NCBI GenBank assembly: GCA_963721805.1
Contig: CAVRJY010000002.1
Span: 160,001 to 224,000 of the forward strand
DNA: 64,000 bases
Direction: 5' to 3'
From: Nitrospirota bacterium
GTDB lineage: Bacteria; Nitrospirota; Thermodesulfovibrionia; Thermodesulfovibrionales; JdFR-86
Shown: positions 25,139-35,412 of the stretch, piece by piece
Layout: every line of letters starts with the position of its first letter
How positions within the stretch are numbered: the first letter of the stretch is position 1
The notes under the pieces: model-generated
What the model was told of the DNA's origin: nothing
What the model saw: the letters and a program-made list of their open reading frames with translations, nothing else
Database searches by the model: none
Program-made: the position numbers and the translations under genes

Positions 25139-25735
25139 ATGCCCCAGGCCGATAAAAAGCAAAAGAATGCTCAAAAGGGTTCGGTCGCGGCGGCCGACGC
25201 CGCGCTCTATGCCCGAAGCCTCATCGAGGCGAGCCTCGACCCCCTCGTAACGATCAGCCCCGAGGGGAAGATCACGGACGTCAACGAGGCGACCATCAAA
25301 GTCACCGGGGTATCGAGAGAAAGCCTGATCGGCACGGACTTCTCGGACTACTTCACCGAGCCCGAGAACGCCCGCTCCGGTTACGAGCAGGTCTTTTCGA
25401 AGGGTTACGTCACGGACTACCCGCTTACGATCAGGCACCGCGACGGAAGGCTCACGAACGTCCTGTATAACGCATCGGTTTACAGGGACGTCAAGGGTAA
25501 CGTGCTTGGGGTGTTCGCCGCGGCGCGCGACGTGACCGCGCAGAAAGATGCCGAGGAGAAGGTCGCGGAGCAGCGCAGCCGCGAGCAGCAGCGGGCCCGC
25601 GAGCTTGAGCGCCTCGCCGAACTCGAGAGGTTCCAGAAGCTCACGGTCGGCCGCGAGCTTAAGATGATCGAGCTTAAGAAGGAAAACGATGAGCTGAGGC
25701 GCAAATTGGAGCAGTGCACGGGAGAGAAGGCCTGA
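25139..25735 (+). CDS. Stand-alone PAS domain protein with C-terminal coiled coil
   Basis: YARSLIEASLDPLVTISPEGKITDVN...YPLTIRH...GVFAAARDVT; tail ERFQKLTVGRELKMIELKKE. Confidence 0.88.
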   Translation: MPQADKKQKNAQKGSVAAADAALYARSLIEASLDPLVTISPEGKITDVNEATIKVTGVSRESLIGTDFSDYFTEPENARSGYEQVFSKGYVTDYPLTIRHRDGRLTNVLYNASVYRDVKGNVLGVFAAARDVTAQKDAEEKVAEQRSREQQRARELERLAELERFQKLTVGRELKMIELKKENDELRRKLEQCTGEKA

Positions 25736-25737
25736 CG

Positions 25738-26646
25738 TTGGAGCAGCAAAACAGCCAAGGGTACGCTCCCCCGGAAGCGGACACCGAGGATTTCACCAAG
25801 GCCCTCCTGAACATCCTAGAGGACTCTTCGGACGAGAAGTCCGGGCTCGAGGACATGCAGCGCGCGATGCTGAACATCCTCGATGATTTCGACGTTGAGC
25901 GCATAAAGGTGGAGGCCGCCAACCGCGAGCTTCAGGAATCGTTCGAATCGCTGCGCGTGGCGAAGGAGGCGGCCGAGGCCTCCTCGCGCGAGATCGAGGC
26001 CTTCAGCTACTCGGTATCTCACGACCTGCGCGCCCCGCTTAGGAGCGTATCTGGCTTCAGCCAGCTCCTGCTCGCGGATTATGCCGAGAGGCTCGACGAG
26101 GAGGGCAGGGATTACCTCAGGCGCATGATGGCCGCCGCCGAAAAAATGGGCGTGCTCATCGACGACCTCCTGAAGCTCTCGAGGGTCTCGAGGGCCGCTA
26201 TGGAGCGCGAGATGGTCGACCTGAGCGCGATAGCCAGAAAGGTCTTCGATAATCTCGCGGCCCTGAACCCCGCAAGACAGGTCGAGACCGTCATCGCGGA
26301 CGGTCTGAAGGTTAGCGGTGACGCGCGGCTGCTGACGATAGCACTGGAGAACCTCCTGGGCAATGCATGGAAGTTCACGGAAAGGCGCGACAAGGCGGTC
26401 ATAGAGTTCGGGGTTGATTATTGCGATGACGAGAGGGTATTTTTCATTAAGGACAACGGAGCGGGCTTCGACATGACGTACGTGGGCAAGCTCTTCAACC
26501 CCTTCCAGCGGCTGCACAAGGCCGAGGAGTTTCAGGGCACGGGCATCGGGCTCGCGACCGTAAAGAGGATCATCGACCGCCACGGCGGCCGTGTATGGAT
26601 AGCCGGGGAGGTTGGGACGGGAACGGTAGTCTATTTCACGCTGTAA
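25738..26646 (+). CDS. Cytoplasmic histidine kinase (phytochrome-type kinase core)
   Basis: FSYSVSHDLRAPLR, NLLGNAWKFT, DNGAGFD, FQRLH, GTGIGLA; TTG start chosen. Confidence 0.92.
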   Translation: MEQQNSQGYAPPEADTEDFTKALLNILEDSSDEKSGLEDMQRAMLNILDDFDVERIKVEAANRELQESFESLRVAKEAAEASSREIEAFSYSVSHDLRAPLRSVSGFSQLLLADYAERLDEEGRDYLRRMMAAAEKMGVLIDDLLKLSRVSRAAMEREMVDLSAIARKVFDNLAALNPARQVETVIADGLKVSGDARLLTIALENLLGNAWKFTERRDKAVIEFGVDYCDDERVFFIKDNGAGFDMTYVGKLFNPFQRLHKAEEFQGTGIGLATVKRIIDRHGGRVWIAGEVGTGTVVYFTL

Positions 26647-26670
26647 AGAATAAAGGGGAGGAATACTAAC

Positions 26671-27102
26671 ATGAATACTAAGAAGATTCTCTTGGTCGAG
26701 GACAACCCCGACGACGTGAAGCTCACGATGCGGGCGCTGAAGGACGCCAATATCGCAAACGAGGTCGTATTGGCCTCCGACGGGGTCGAGGCCATAGAAT
26801 ACCTCTTCGGCACCGGCAAATACGAGGGCCGCGACGCCAGCGTGCAGCCGCAGGTGATACTTTTAGACCTCAAGATGCCGCGGATGGACGGGATCGAGAC
26901 GCTCCAGCGCATACGCGCGGACGCCAGGACGAAGGTCCTGCCGGTGGTCATACTCACCACCTCCAACGAGGACCGCGACAGGCTCGAGAGCTACAAGCTC
27001 GGGGCCAACAGCTACATACGCAAGCCGGTGGACTTCACGCAGTTTGTCGAGGCGGTCAAGCAGTTGGGGCTTTACTGGCTCGTACTCAACGAGGCCCCTT
27101 GA
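26671..27102 (+). CDS. Single-domain response regulator (Rcp-like)
   Basis: ILLVEDNPDD, LLDLKMP, LTTS, GANSYIRKPVDF, YWL. Confidence 0.93.
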   Translation: MNTKKILLVEDNPDDVKLTMRALKDANIANEVVLASDGVEAIEYLFGTGKYEGRDASVQPQVILLDLKMPRMDGIETLQRIRADARTKVLPVVILTTSNEDRDRLESYKLGANSYIRKPVDFTQFVEAVKQLGLYWLVLNEAP

Positions 27103-28184
27103 TGGGGATGCCGCTTAGGGTGCTGATCGTCGAGGATTCCGAGGACGATACCTTATTACTGGTCCGCAAGCTCGGCAAGGAAGGCTTCGAGGTGCGGCAC
27201 GAGCGCGTCGAGACCGCCGATGAGATGAAAGCCGCCCTCGATGCCCGGCAGTGGGACCTGATTCTCTCGGATTACAGCCTGCCGCGCTTCAGCGGCCTAA
27301 ACGCGCTGGAGGTCCTGAAGCAGAGCGGGCTGGACCTGCCGTTCATCATCGTCTCGGGCACGATCGGCGAGGAGGTGGCCGTAGGCGCGATGAGGGCCGG
27401 GGCGAACGATTACGTCCTGAAGGGCAACCTCAAGAGGCTCATCCCCGCGATTAAGCGCGAACTGGGCGATGCGGTGCAGCGGCGCACCCGCAGGCAGGCA
27501 GAGGAGGAAAGCGCGAGGCTTCAGGAACAACTGAGGGAATCCCACAAGGCCGAGGCCGAACTCAAGGCATCGAACGAGGCCAAGACGATGATGCTCAAGG
27601 AGGTCCACCACAGGGTCAAGAACAACCTCATGGTGATACAGAGCCTCCTGTCGCTCCAGATGAGAAACATCGAGGACGAGAGATACCGCTCATCGTTTAA
27701 GGAGGCCATAGACAGGGTCAAGAGCATGACCCTGATCCATGAGAGGCTCCAAAGCTCAACGGACCTGAGGAACATCGAGGCCGTGGAGTATATCCGCAAC
27801 CTCTGTAACAAGCTCTTCCGCAACTATTGCACGGCAGGCATCGTCAGGCTCTCGTATGATCTTGAGGATTCCTCCATTGACGTTGACACGATGATACCGC
27901 TGGGGCTGATCCTCAACGAACTCGTCTCGAACGCCTCGAAGTACGCATTCGCGCCGGAGCGGGAGGGTACGCTCGTGATATCTTTAAAAAAACTCGGCGG
28001 CCGCGAGTATGAACTCGCGGTGAGGGACAACGGGATCGGGCTGCCGGAGGGCTTCGATATTGCGCGGCCGGCATCGCTGGGGCTCTCGATCGTGACCACG
28101 CTGGTCAAGCAGCTGGGCGGGGAGCTGAACGTCTCCGGCGATGGCGGGACGGAGTTCAGGATTCGGTTTAAGGACGCGGGCTGA
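27102..28184 (+). CDS. Receiver plus HisKA_2-type histidine kinase
   Basis: N-terminal REC (LIVEDSEDD, DYSLP); EVHHRVKNNL, NELVSNA.KYAF, DNGIGLP, SLGL. Confidence 0.9.
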   Translation: MGMPLRVLIVEDSEDDTLLLVRKLGKEGFEVRHERVETADEMKAALDARQWDLILSDYSLPRFSGLNALEVLKQSGLDLPFIIVSGTIGEEVAVGAMRAGANDYVLKGNLKRLIPAIKRELGDAVQRRTRRQAEEESARLQEQLRESHKAEAELKASNEAKTMMLKEVHHRVKNNLMVIQSLLSLQMRNIEDERYRSSFKEAIDRVKSMTLIHERLQSSTDLRNIEAVEYIRNLCNKLFRNYCTAGIVRLSYDLEDSSIDVDTMIPLGLILNELVSNASKYAFAPEREGTLVISLKKLGGREYELAVRDNGIGLPEGFDIARPASLGLSIVTTLVKQLGGELNVSGDGGTEFRIRFKDAG

Positions 28185-28294
28185 TCCACCCTGTAAGCCG
28201 CGGCGCACCGGCCTCATGCTGAATCCGTCACGCTTCGGCGCGATGAGCTTATAATAGTATCGATCCGTCCGCTGTCACCGATCAAGAAAGAACG

Positions 28295-29581
28295 ATGAAA
28301 CCCTGTTTATATAAGACGATAGCCTTAGCCATCGCCGCCGTCCTGACCCTCGGCGCACCGGCGTATGCGAGGGACTGGAGCATGCCTATCACGGTTGGGG
28401 CCGGGGGCAGCGCGGCCAGGATCACGCTTGGGATAGCCAACGGCGTGACGGCCTGGCATGATGCCGGCCGCGACCAGCCCAGACTGTTCAGGGGGGCGTC
28501 CATTGACGCGTATTTCCCGCGCCCGGGCTGGGGGGTGGTCGTCGCCGGGCAGGTGATAGCGGCATACCAGCGGGAGGGCCGCGGGAAGCCGCGCCAGGAG
28601 CATCACTTCGAGGTGATCAGCGCGCCGGGGACGGTCGAGCTTAGATGGGACATCTCCAAGGTGCCGCCCGGTATCCGTATGGGGCTCTATGACAGCGCGA
28701 CGGGGGCGGTTACGGACATGCGTTCGGTCTGGAGCACGCAGTTCTATGGCGGGAGCCAGCCCCACGGCTTTACGGTGATCGAGGACGATGGCGATCAGCC
28801 TGTGCCCGCGGCCCCCCGTTGGATAACCACGGCGATCTCCGCAAGGGACATCGCGCTCGGCTGGTCCGGGGACCCGGTGGCCGACCTCGGCGGGTACAAG
28901 CTGTACGTCGGAACCAGGAGCGGGTCGTATGACCGCAGCATAGACCTCAAGGACGCCCAGAGCTACACGTTTAAGCGCGGCGACGCAAGCGAGGTATATT
29001 ATCTGGCGCTCACCGCATACAACCAAGACGGTGACGAGAGCGAGCGCTCGCAGGAGGTCGTCTTCGGCCGGCCGCTCCCGGCTCTTACGGTGACAAAGAC
29101 CGGCCCCGGAGAGGTGACGGCAGCCACGGGCTCGCTCTCCTGGAGCGGGGCCACCGGCAGATCCGAGTATCCCGCGAATGCGCCGGTGACGCTCAGCGCG
29201 GCCGCCTCCGGCGGGTCGCATTTCGTCAGGTGGAAGGGATGCGAAAGCGCGAAGGGCGCAAGCTGCCGCGTGGTAATGAGCGGGGACAAGACCGTAACCG
29301 CCACGTTCAGCGCATGCAGCTCAAAGACGAGGCTGGACAGTTCGAACAAGCTGATAAACAGGGCGAGGCAGGAGATCAAGGTGGATGTGACGGACACCGG
29401 GGGCTGCGGCTGGACAGCTGCCAGCCACGCGGACTGGATAAAGGTCTCTCCGGCAAGCGGCGGGGAGGGCGGCGTGACCCTTACGGTGGATCAAAACAAC
29501 GCCGACGACCCGAGGATGGGCACCGTCTCAATCGGCAGCAGGACGTTTACGGTCGTTCAGACGGATACGGAGAGGCTCTAG
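28295..29581 (+). CDS. Secreted multidomain beta-sandwich protein (FN3, InlB B-like repeat, BACON-like)
   Basis: Signal peptide; FN3 (GYKLYVG..SG.Y, YYLALTAYN..G.ESE.S.EV); VTLSA....F..W.GC....C.V.M..DKTVTATF; C.WTA.S...WI.V...R.GTV.I. Confidence 0.75.
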   Translation: MKPCLYKTIALAIAAVLTLGAPAYARDWSMPITVGAGGSAARITLGIANGVTAWHDAGRDQPRLFRGASIDAYFPRPGWGVVVAGQVIAAYQREGRGKPRQEHHFEVISAPGTVELRWDISKVPPGIRMGLYDSATGAVTDMRSVWSTQFYGGSQPHGFTVIEDDGDQPVPAAPRWITTAISARDIALGWSGDPVADLGGYKLYVGTRSGSYDRSIDLKDAQSYTFKRGDASEVYYLALTAYNQDGDESERSQEVVFGRPLPALTVTKTGPGEVTAATGSLSWSGATGRSEYPANAPVTLSAAASGGSHFVRWKGCESAKGASCRVVMSGDKTVTATFSACSSKTRLDSSNKLINRARQEIKVDVTDTGGCGWTAASHADWIKVSPASGGEGGVTLTVDQNNADDPRMGTVSIGSRTFTVVQTDTERL

Positions 29582-29733
29582 GGCCGGCCGGGCCGCCACT
29601 ATTTTTTAACCGCATGGCAACGGGGGTGCTTCGATATTTTTTGTTGGCGGGCCTCGGCGCATCCATCCCCGGTTTCCGCGCGGATATCGGCCAATTTTTT
29701 CGGCGCATAAAAGAAATATGTTAAATTATTGGC

Positions 29734-31551
29734 ATGGGCGAGGCTTCGAATGGTGAAGGGAAAGACCATGTCAGTCAGGGCGGCAACGATAAAGCATTCA
29801 ACCTCACGCAGGAGCCGCCGTCAAGTGTAAGCCCGCAAGGGGCTTCTTCAATTAACAGGCTTGTCCCGGTCCTCGCAGTGCTGCTTGTCTCATTTGCGGT
29901 ATATGTCAATGCCCTTTCCGGCGATTTCGTGTATGACGATACGCATCAGGTGCTCGAAAATCCCTGGATTAAAGACATTGGCAACATACCGGAGATCTTC
30001 TCGAAAAACGTCTGGGGTTTCCGGTCGGCCTCGTACGTCTCGAACTATTACAGGCCGCTGATGCACATCGTCTATATGTTCGATTACGGGTTTTCAGGCC
30101 TGAACCCCTGGGGGTTTCATCTGATCAATCTCCTGTTTCATTGCGGGGTATCGGTCCTCGTATTTTTGACCATACGGGAGCTGTTTGGCGGCGAGTCAGC
30201 GCCGTCTTCCTACCGTTCGCCGCCGCTGGTCGCCGCGATGCTGTTTGCCGCGCACCCCATCCACGCCGAGGCGGTTGCCTGGATCGCCGGGCTGCCGGAC
30301 CTGGGATTTACGTTTTTCTTCCTGCTCTCGTTCTATTTCCATATCAGGTCGAGGGCCGTGTTTTCGGTCAGCTATTGGATATCCGTTGCGTGCTATGCCG
30401 TTGCGGCCCTGTTTAAGGAACCGGCCCTGACCCTGCCCGCGATCCTTTTTGCGTACGATTACGCATTCCGTAGTCAACGGCCCCGTCTCGCGGATTATGC
30501 GAAGCAATATGCGCCCTACATGGCGGTCGCGATCGGCTATCTCGTACTGAGGGTCCATGCCCTCGGAGGGTTCGCTCCGAAGGTGAAGCCTGCTGCCCTG
30601 AGCGCTTATCAGTATGCCATAAACGTATTCCCGCTCTTTATCCAGTATCTCGGAAAACTCCTGCTTCCGCTGGATCTCAATGCCTATTATGTCTTTCACC
30701 CGATCTCGTCGCTTGGTGAATTGAAGGGCGCGCTTTCCCTGGCGGCCACGGCGGTATTTGCGGTCCTCTTTGCCGTGGCCATGAAAAAAAGCAGGGTGGC
30801 CTTCCTGGGCCTCGTGTTCCTCACAGTCCCGCTCCTCCCGGCGCTTTACATCCCCGCGCTGGGCGCTAATGCCTTCACCGAGAGATACCTTTACCTTCCC
30901 TCCTTTGGGTACGTGCTGATACTCGCGAGCCTGCTGTCTTTGGCCAATAAGAAGCTGCCGCGGGCGGGCGCGGCTGTCGCGATAGCCCTTATTGCGGTAG
31001 CGGGTTTATATGCAGTTGGGACCGTACGGAGAAATACGCTCTGGAAGGATAATGTCAGCCTATGGACTGATACGGTCATGAAGTCGCCCGACAGCGCGGT
31101 GGCCCATGACGAGCTAGGCGCCGCATACAAAGCCCAGGGCCGGCTCGATAGGGCCGTGGCGGAATTCCAGATCGCCCTAAGGCTCGAGCCCTCATTCGCG
31201 TTTGCGTATAATAATCTCGGCGCCGCGTACAAATCCCAAGGACGGCTCGACAGTGCTGTGGAGGCCTATCAGGCAGCCCTGCGGCTGGAGCCCGATTCAG
31301 CGGACACCCATTACAACCTCGGCAACGCATACGCGTCTCAGGGCCGGCCGGACATGGCGGCGGCTGAGTTTCAGGCGTCATTGCGGTTGCATCCAGATTT
31401 CGCATGGGCCCATTATAACCTCGGCCTCGCATACGAATCCGAGGGCCGTCCGGATATGGCGGCCGAAGAATTCCGCACGGCATTGAGGCTGAAGCCCGAT
31501 AGCTATAAGGCGCTGCAGAGCCTCAACGATATCCTTTCAAGGCGGCGCTAA
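29734..31551 (+). CDS. TMTC-like GT-C membrane glycosyltransferase with C-terminal TPRs
   Basis: FVYDD, YYRPL, FH..NL..H, HPIHAEAVAWI, LFKE, ERYLYLP, then TPR repeats (AHYNLG). Confidence 0.85.
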   Translation: MGEASNGEGKDHVSQGGNDKAFNLTQEPPSSVSPQGASSINRLVPVLAVLLVSFAVYVNALSGDFVYDDTHQVLENPWIKDIGNIPEIFSKNVWGFRSASYVSNYYRPLMHIVYMFDYGFSGLNPWGFHLINLLFHCGVSVLVFLTIRELFGGESAPSSYRSPPLVAAMLFAAHPIHAEAVAWIAGLPDLGFTFFFLLSFYFHIRSRAVFSVSYWISVACYAVAALFKEPALTLPAILFAYDYAFRSQRPRLADYAKQYAPYMAVAIGYLVLRVHALGGFAPKVKPAALSAYQYAINVFPLFIQYLGKLLLPLDLNAYYVFHPISSLGELKGALSLAATAVFAVLFAVAMKKSRVAFLGLVFLTVPLLPALYIPALGANAFTERYLYLPSFGYVLILASLLSLANKKLPRAGAAVAIALIAVAGLYAVGTVRRNTLWKDNVSLWTDTVMKSPDSAVAHDELGAAYKAQGRLDRAVAEFQIALRLEPSFAFAYNNLGAAYKSQGRLDSAVEAYQAALRLEPDSADTHYNLGNAYASQGRPDMAAAEFQASLRLHPDFAWAHYNLGLAYESEGRPDMAAEEFRTALRLKPDSYKALQSLNDILSRRR

Positions 31552-31731
31552 CGCGCATTGACGAGCATTTCGGGACGGCCGTCCGGGCCCGGAAATTATC
31601 GCGCCCATTCCCGCAATTTGACAAAACCGCATTGAAAGCTGATTATAGTAGTGGCTTTTTTGTTCTTTCAAGATGGAGGGCAGATTGACGACCGGTTTTG
31701 ACGCGCCTTCGCTGGAGGGCGCGGGGATATA

Positions 31732-33798
31732 ATGGATTTCTGGGACATGTTCGCAACCCCCCTGGGGCTGGCCTACGCCTCTACCTCCTTCCTTATCCTC
31801 GTGATGCTGACCGCCGGGGCGATGCGCAGGTGGCAGTCCGCGATGGTGCCCGTGACGTTCGCGCTGGCCGCGCTCGCATCGGCCGGGGCGGTGGCGGCCG
31901 GGGTATGGACCGTAGCGACCGGCAGCGTCGAGCGCATGGTCCTGCCGATGGGGCTCCCCTCGCTGCAGTTCCACCTGAGGCTCGACCCGCTGGCCGGGTT
32001 CTTCCTCGCGGTGGTCGGGCTGCTGACCGTATACGTCTCGATCTATTCGATGGGCTACGTGCGCGAGTTCCTCTCGCGCCGCAGGGTGACGCGGCTCGTC
32101 GTGTTCTACTGCATGTTCGTGCTGGGCATGATGCTCGTGGTGCTTGCCGACGACGCCCTGTTTTTCCTGATCGCATGGGAGACGATGGCCGCGTCCTCGT
32201 ATTTCCTCGTGATATTCGAAGACGAGCGCGCCGAGAACCGCCGCGCCGCGTTCCTCTATATGGTGATGGCCCACGTCGGCGCGGTGACGATCATGCTCGC
32301 CTTCGGCGTGCTTGCGGGCCAGTCGGCCGGGTTTGAGGACTTCAGGGGATACACGTTCGACGCGATGAGGCAGGCGCAGTTCTCCCCCGGCTGGGCCTCG
32401 GCCGCATTTTTGCTGGCGTTCGTCGGCTTCGGGGCAAAGGCCGGGGTCCTGCCGCTGCACGTATGGCTGCCCGAGGCCCATCCCGTAGCGCCATCGAACG
32501 TCTCGGCGCTCATGAGCGGCGTGATGCTCAAGACCGCGATCTACGGGATCGTCCGCGTCACGTTCGACCTGATCCACATCTTCCCCTGGTGGTGGGGCGC
32601 GGTGGTGCTCGCCGTGGGGCTCGTAAGCACCGTGATGGGCGTGCTATACGCCCTGATGCAGCACGACTTAAAACGCCTGCTTGCGTACCACTCGGTCGAG
32701 AACATCGGGATCATACTCATAGGCGTCGGGCTCTCGATGATATTCACCTCGTTTAACCTGCCACGCATGGCCGCGCTCGCGATGCTCGCGGCGCTGTTTC
32801 ACACGATCAACCACGCGATGTTCAAGGGCCTGCTGTTCATGGGCGCGGGCTCGGTGCTGCACGCCACGCACGAGCGCGACATGGACGAGATGGGCGGCCT
32901 GATACACCGCATGCCCTGGACCGCGGCGCTGTTTCTGGTAGGCTGCATATCGATCTCGGCGCTGCCGCCCTTTAACGGGTTCGTCTCTGAGTGGCTCACG
33001 TTTCAGGCGTTCCTGCTCTCGCCCATGATACCCAACAGCATCATCAAGCTCCTGCTGCCGATGGGCGCCGCGCTCCTCGCGCTCGCCGCCGCGCTTGCGG
33101 CCGCGTGCTTCGTCAAGGCCTTCGGGGTCACGTTCCTCGGCCACTGGCGCGGCCACCGCGACATTGCCACGATACACGAGGCCGACTGGTTCATGCGCGG
33201 CGGCATGGCGCTCGCGGCCCTGACCTGCCTGGCCCTCGGCGTGCTGCCGACGTTCTTCGTCTCATGGGCCGGCGCGATCACCCAGCAGATCGTGGGCGCG
33301 AACATCGCCGCTTCGTCCTCCTCATGGGGCTGGGTCTGGCTTACGCCCATAGCGCCCGAGCGCGCCTCATACTCCGGCTTCTACGTCTTCGCCGGCTGCA
33401 TACTGGTCTTCTCTTTGGTGTATATAGTGCTGCACGTCAAGCCCGGCCGGGTCCAGCGCGTCGATATCTGGGACTGCGGGTTTAAGAAGCTGACCCCGAG
33501 GATGCAGTATACCTCGACCGCATTCGCGATGCCGATCAGGAGGATATTCGGTTTTCTCTTCATGATAAAAGAGACATGGCGCCTCAAGCCCCAGACCGCC
33601 AACGCGGCCTTCCCGCGCAGGATCAATTACGCCCTGCGGGTGCGCGACCGCCTGTGGTTCTGGCTTTACGCGCCGGTGATCGAGTCCTCCAAATGGATCT
33701 CGCGCAAGGTCGGCCTGCTGCAGCAGGGCCGCATCCAGACCTACCTGATCTACTCGTTCCTGACCATCATCGTGCTGTTCTGGATAAAATCGCTATGA
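31732..33798 (+). CDS. hyfB: HyfB-like proton-translocating membrane subunit
   Basis: KAGVLPLHVWLPEAHPVAPS, KRLLAYHSVENIG, LPPFNGFVSEW, W.CG, MQYT. Confidence 0.9.
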   Translation: MDFWDMFATPLGLAYASTSFLILVMLTAGAMRRWQSAMVPVTFALAALASAGAVAAGVWTVATGSVERMVLPMGLPSLQFHLRLDPLAGFFLAVVGLLTVYVSIYSMGYVREFLSRRRVTRLVVFYCMFVLGMMLVVLADDALFFLIAWETMAASSYFLVIFEDERAENRRAAFLYMVMAHVGAVTIMLAFGVLAGQSAGFEDFRGYTFDAMRQAQFSPGWASAAFLLAFVGFGAKAGVLPLHVWLPEAHPVAPSNVSALMSGVMLKTAIYGIVRVTFDLIHIFPWWWGAVVLAVGLVSTVMGVLYALMQHDLKRLLAYHSVENIGIILIGVGLSMIFTSFNLPRMAALAMLAALFHTINHAMFKGLLFMGAGSVLHATHERDMDEMGGLIHRMPWTAALFLVGCISISALPPFNGFVSEWLTFQAFLLSPMIPNSIIKLLLPMGAALLALAAALAAACFVKAFGVTFLGHWRGHRDIATIHEADWFMRGGMALAALTCLALGVLPTFFVSWAGAITQQIVGANIAASSSSWGWVWLTPIAPERASYSGFYVFAGCILVFSLVYIVLHVKPGRVQRVDIWDCGFKKLTPRMQYTSTAFAMPIRRIFGFLFMIKETWRLKPQTANAAFPRRINYALRVRDRLWFWLYAPVIESSKWISRKVGLLQQGRIQTYLIYSFLTIIVLFWIKSL

Positions 33799-34739
33799 CG
33801 ATGAAGGCGGTGCTGATGCAGGTCTTGCAGATCGCGGTGCTCATGGGGCTCTCGCCCGCGCTGGTCGGCTGGGTCAGGACGCTCAAGTGCTGGACGCAGG
33901 GCCGGAGCACTCCGGGGATATTGCAGCCCTACCGCGACCTGAGGAAGCTCTTCGCCAAGGACGTCGTGATCGCGCACAACGCCTCGTGGATATTCAGGAG
34001 CATGCCGTATCTCGTGTTCGGCACCGCGATACTCGCCGGCGGCGTCGTGCCGATGCTCTCGCTGGACCTGCCGTTCGCGCTCGCGGCCGACGCGATAGTG
34101 CTGGTCGGGCTCTTCGCGTTCGCGAGGTTCTTCACCGCCCTGGCGGGGATGGACATAGGCACCGCGTTTGGGGGCATGGGCTCGAGCCGCGAGATGATGG
34201 TCGCCTCGCTCGCGGAGCCCGCGACGCTGATGGTCATCTTCACGGTATCGCTGATATGCGGCTCGACCTCGTTTGTGAAGATCGCGGAGGTCGTCACCAC
34301 GCTGGGGCTCGGCTTCAAGCCCTCGTTGGTCTTCACGTTCATCGCGTTCGTGATCATAGTGCTTGCCGAAAACGGCCGCGTGCCGGTCGACAACCCCGCG
34401 ACCCACCTGGAACTCACGATGCTCCACGAGGCGATGATCCTCGAGTACTCCGGCCGCCACCTCGCGCTGATAGAGTGGGCGATGATGATGAAGCTGTTTT
34501 TGTACCTCTCGGTCGGAAATGTCCTGTTCTTTCCGGTGGGCATCGCGCTCTCGGACGACCCGGCGGCGCTCGCTATCGCCGCGGGGTGGCTTATCGGGAA
34601 GCTCGCGTTTTCAAGCTTCGTGATCGTGATGATCGAGACCGTGCTGGCGAAGATGCGGCTTTTCCGCGTTACCGAGTTTCTGAGCGGCGCATTCCTGATC
34701 GCGACGCTCGGGATGCTCTCGCACTTCATACTGGAATGA
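33795..34739 (+). CDS. hyfC: HyfC/HycD-like (NuoH family) membrane subunit
   Basis: QPYRDLRKLF.K, FGGMGSSRE, ENGRVPVDNPATHLELTM.HEAM.LEYSG. Confidence 0.9.
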   Translation: MTMKAVLMQVLQIAVLMGLSPALVGWVRTLKCWTQGRSTPGILQPYRDLRKLFAKDVVIAHNASWIFRSMPYLVFGTAILAGGVVPMLSLDLPFALAADAIVLVGLFAFARFFTALAGMDIGTAFGGMGSSREMMVASLAEPATLMVIFTVSLICGSTSFVKIAEVVTTLGLGFKPSLVFTFIAFVIIVLAENGRVPVDNPATHLELTMLHEAMILEYSGRHLALIEWAMMMKLFLYLSVGNVLFFPVGIALSDDPAALAIAAGWLIGKLAFSSFVIVMIETVLAKMRLFRVTEFLSGAFLIATLGMLSHFILE

Positions 34740-34746
34740 GGGCTCA

Positions 34747-35412
34747 ATGGACATAACCACGCTTGGCGAGATAAACGGTTTTCTGGCGGCCTTCGTGCTG
34801 CTGACCGCGTTTGGGATGCTCGCGCAAAAGCGCATCAATACGCTCATATCGCTTTTTGCGTGGCAGGGGCTTTTCCTCTCGGTCAACACCGCGATAGTGG
34901 GGTTCGTCGCGAGCCAGCACCACCTCTATATCTCCTCGGTGCTCACGCTCTCGATGAAGGTGTTTCTGCTGCCGTACATCCTGCACCGCCTGATCGCGAA
35001 GCTCAAGATCAAAAAAGAGGTCGAGTCGCTCGTGAACATCCCGATGACGATGCTGATCGGCATCGCGCTCGTGGTGCTCTCTTATTACCTCACCGCCCCG
35101 ATCATCGCGCTCTCGACCGTGGTGACGCGCTCCACGCTCGCCGTGGCGCTCGCGACGGTCATGATCGGGCTTCTCATCATGATCACGCGCAAGCACGCGG
35201 TCTCGCAGGTCATAGGGTTTCTCGCTCTGGAGAACGGGCTTTTCTTCGCGGCGACGAGCGCGACGTACGGCATGCCGCTCGTCGTGGAGCTCGGCGTGGC
35301 GCTCGACGTCCTGATCGCCGCGTTCGTCTTCGGGATATTCTTTTTCCATATCAACACTACGTTTGACAGCCTTGACGTGGAGCAGATGGCGAAGCTCAAA
35401 GAGGAAATGTGA
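34747..35412 (+). CDS. hyfE: HyfE-like membrane subunit
   Basis: QVIGFL.LENGL, MPLVVELG...DV. Confidence 0.88.
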   Translation: MDITTLGEINGFLAAFVLLTAFGMLAQKRINTLISLFAWQGLFLSVNTAIVGFVASQHHLYISSVLTLSMKVFLLPYILHRLIAKLKIKKEVESLVNIPMTMLIGIALVVLSYYLTAPIIALSTVVTRSTLAVALATVMIGLLIMITRKHAVSQVIGFLALENGLFFAATSATYGMPLVVELGVALDVLIAAFVFGIFFFHINTTFDSLDVEQMAKLKEEM

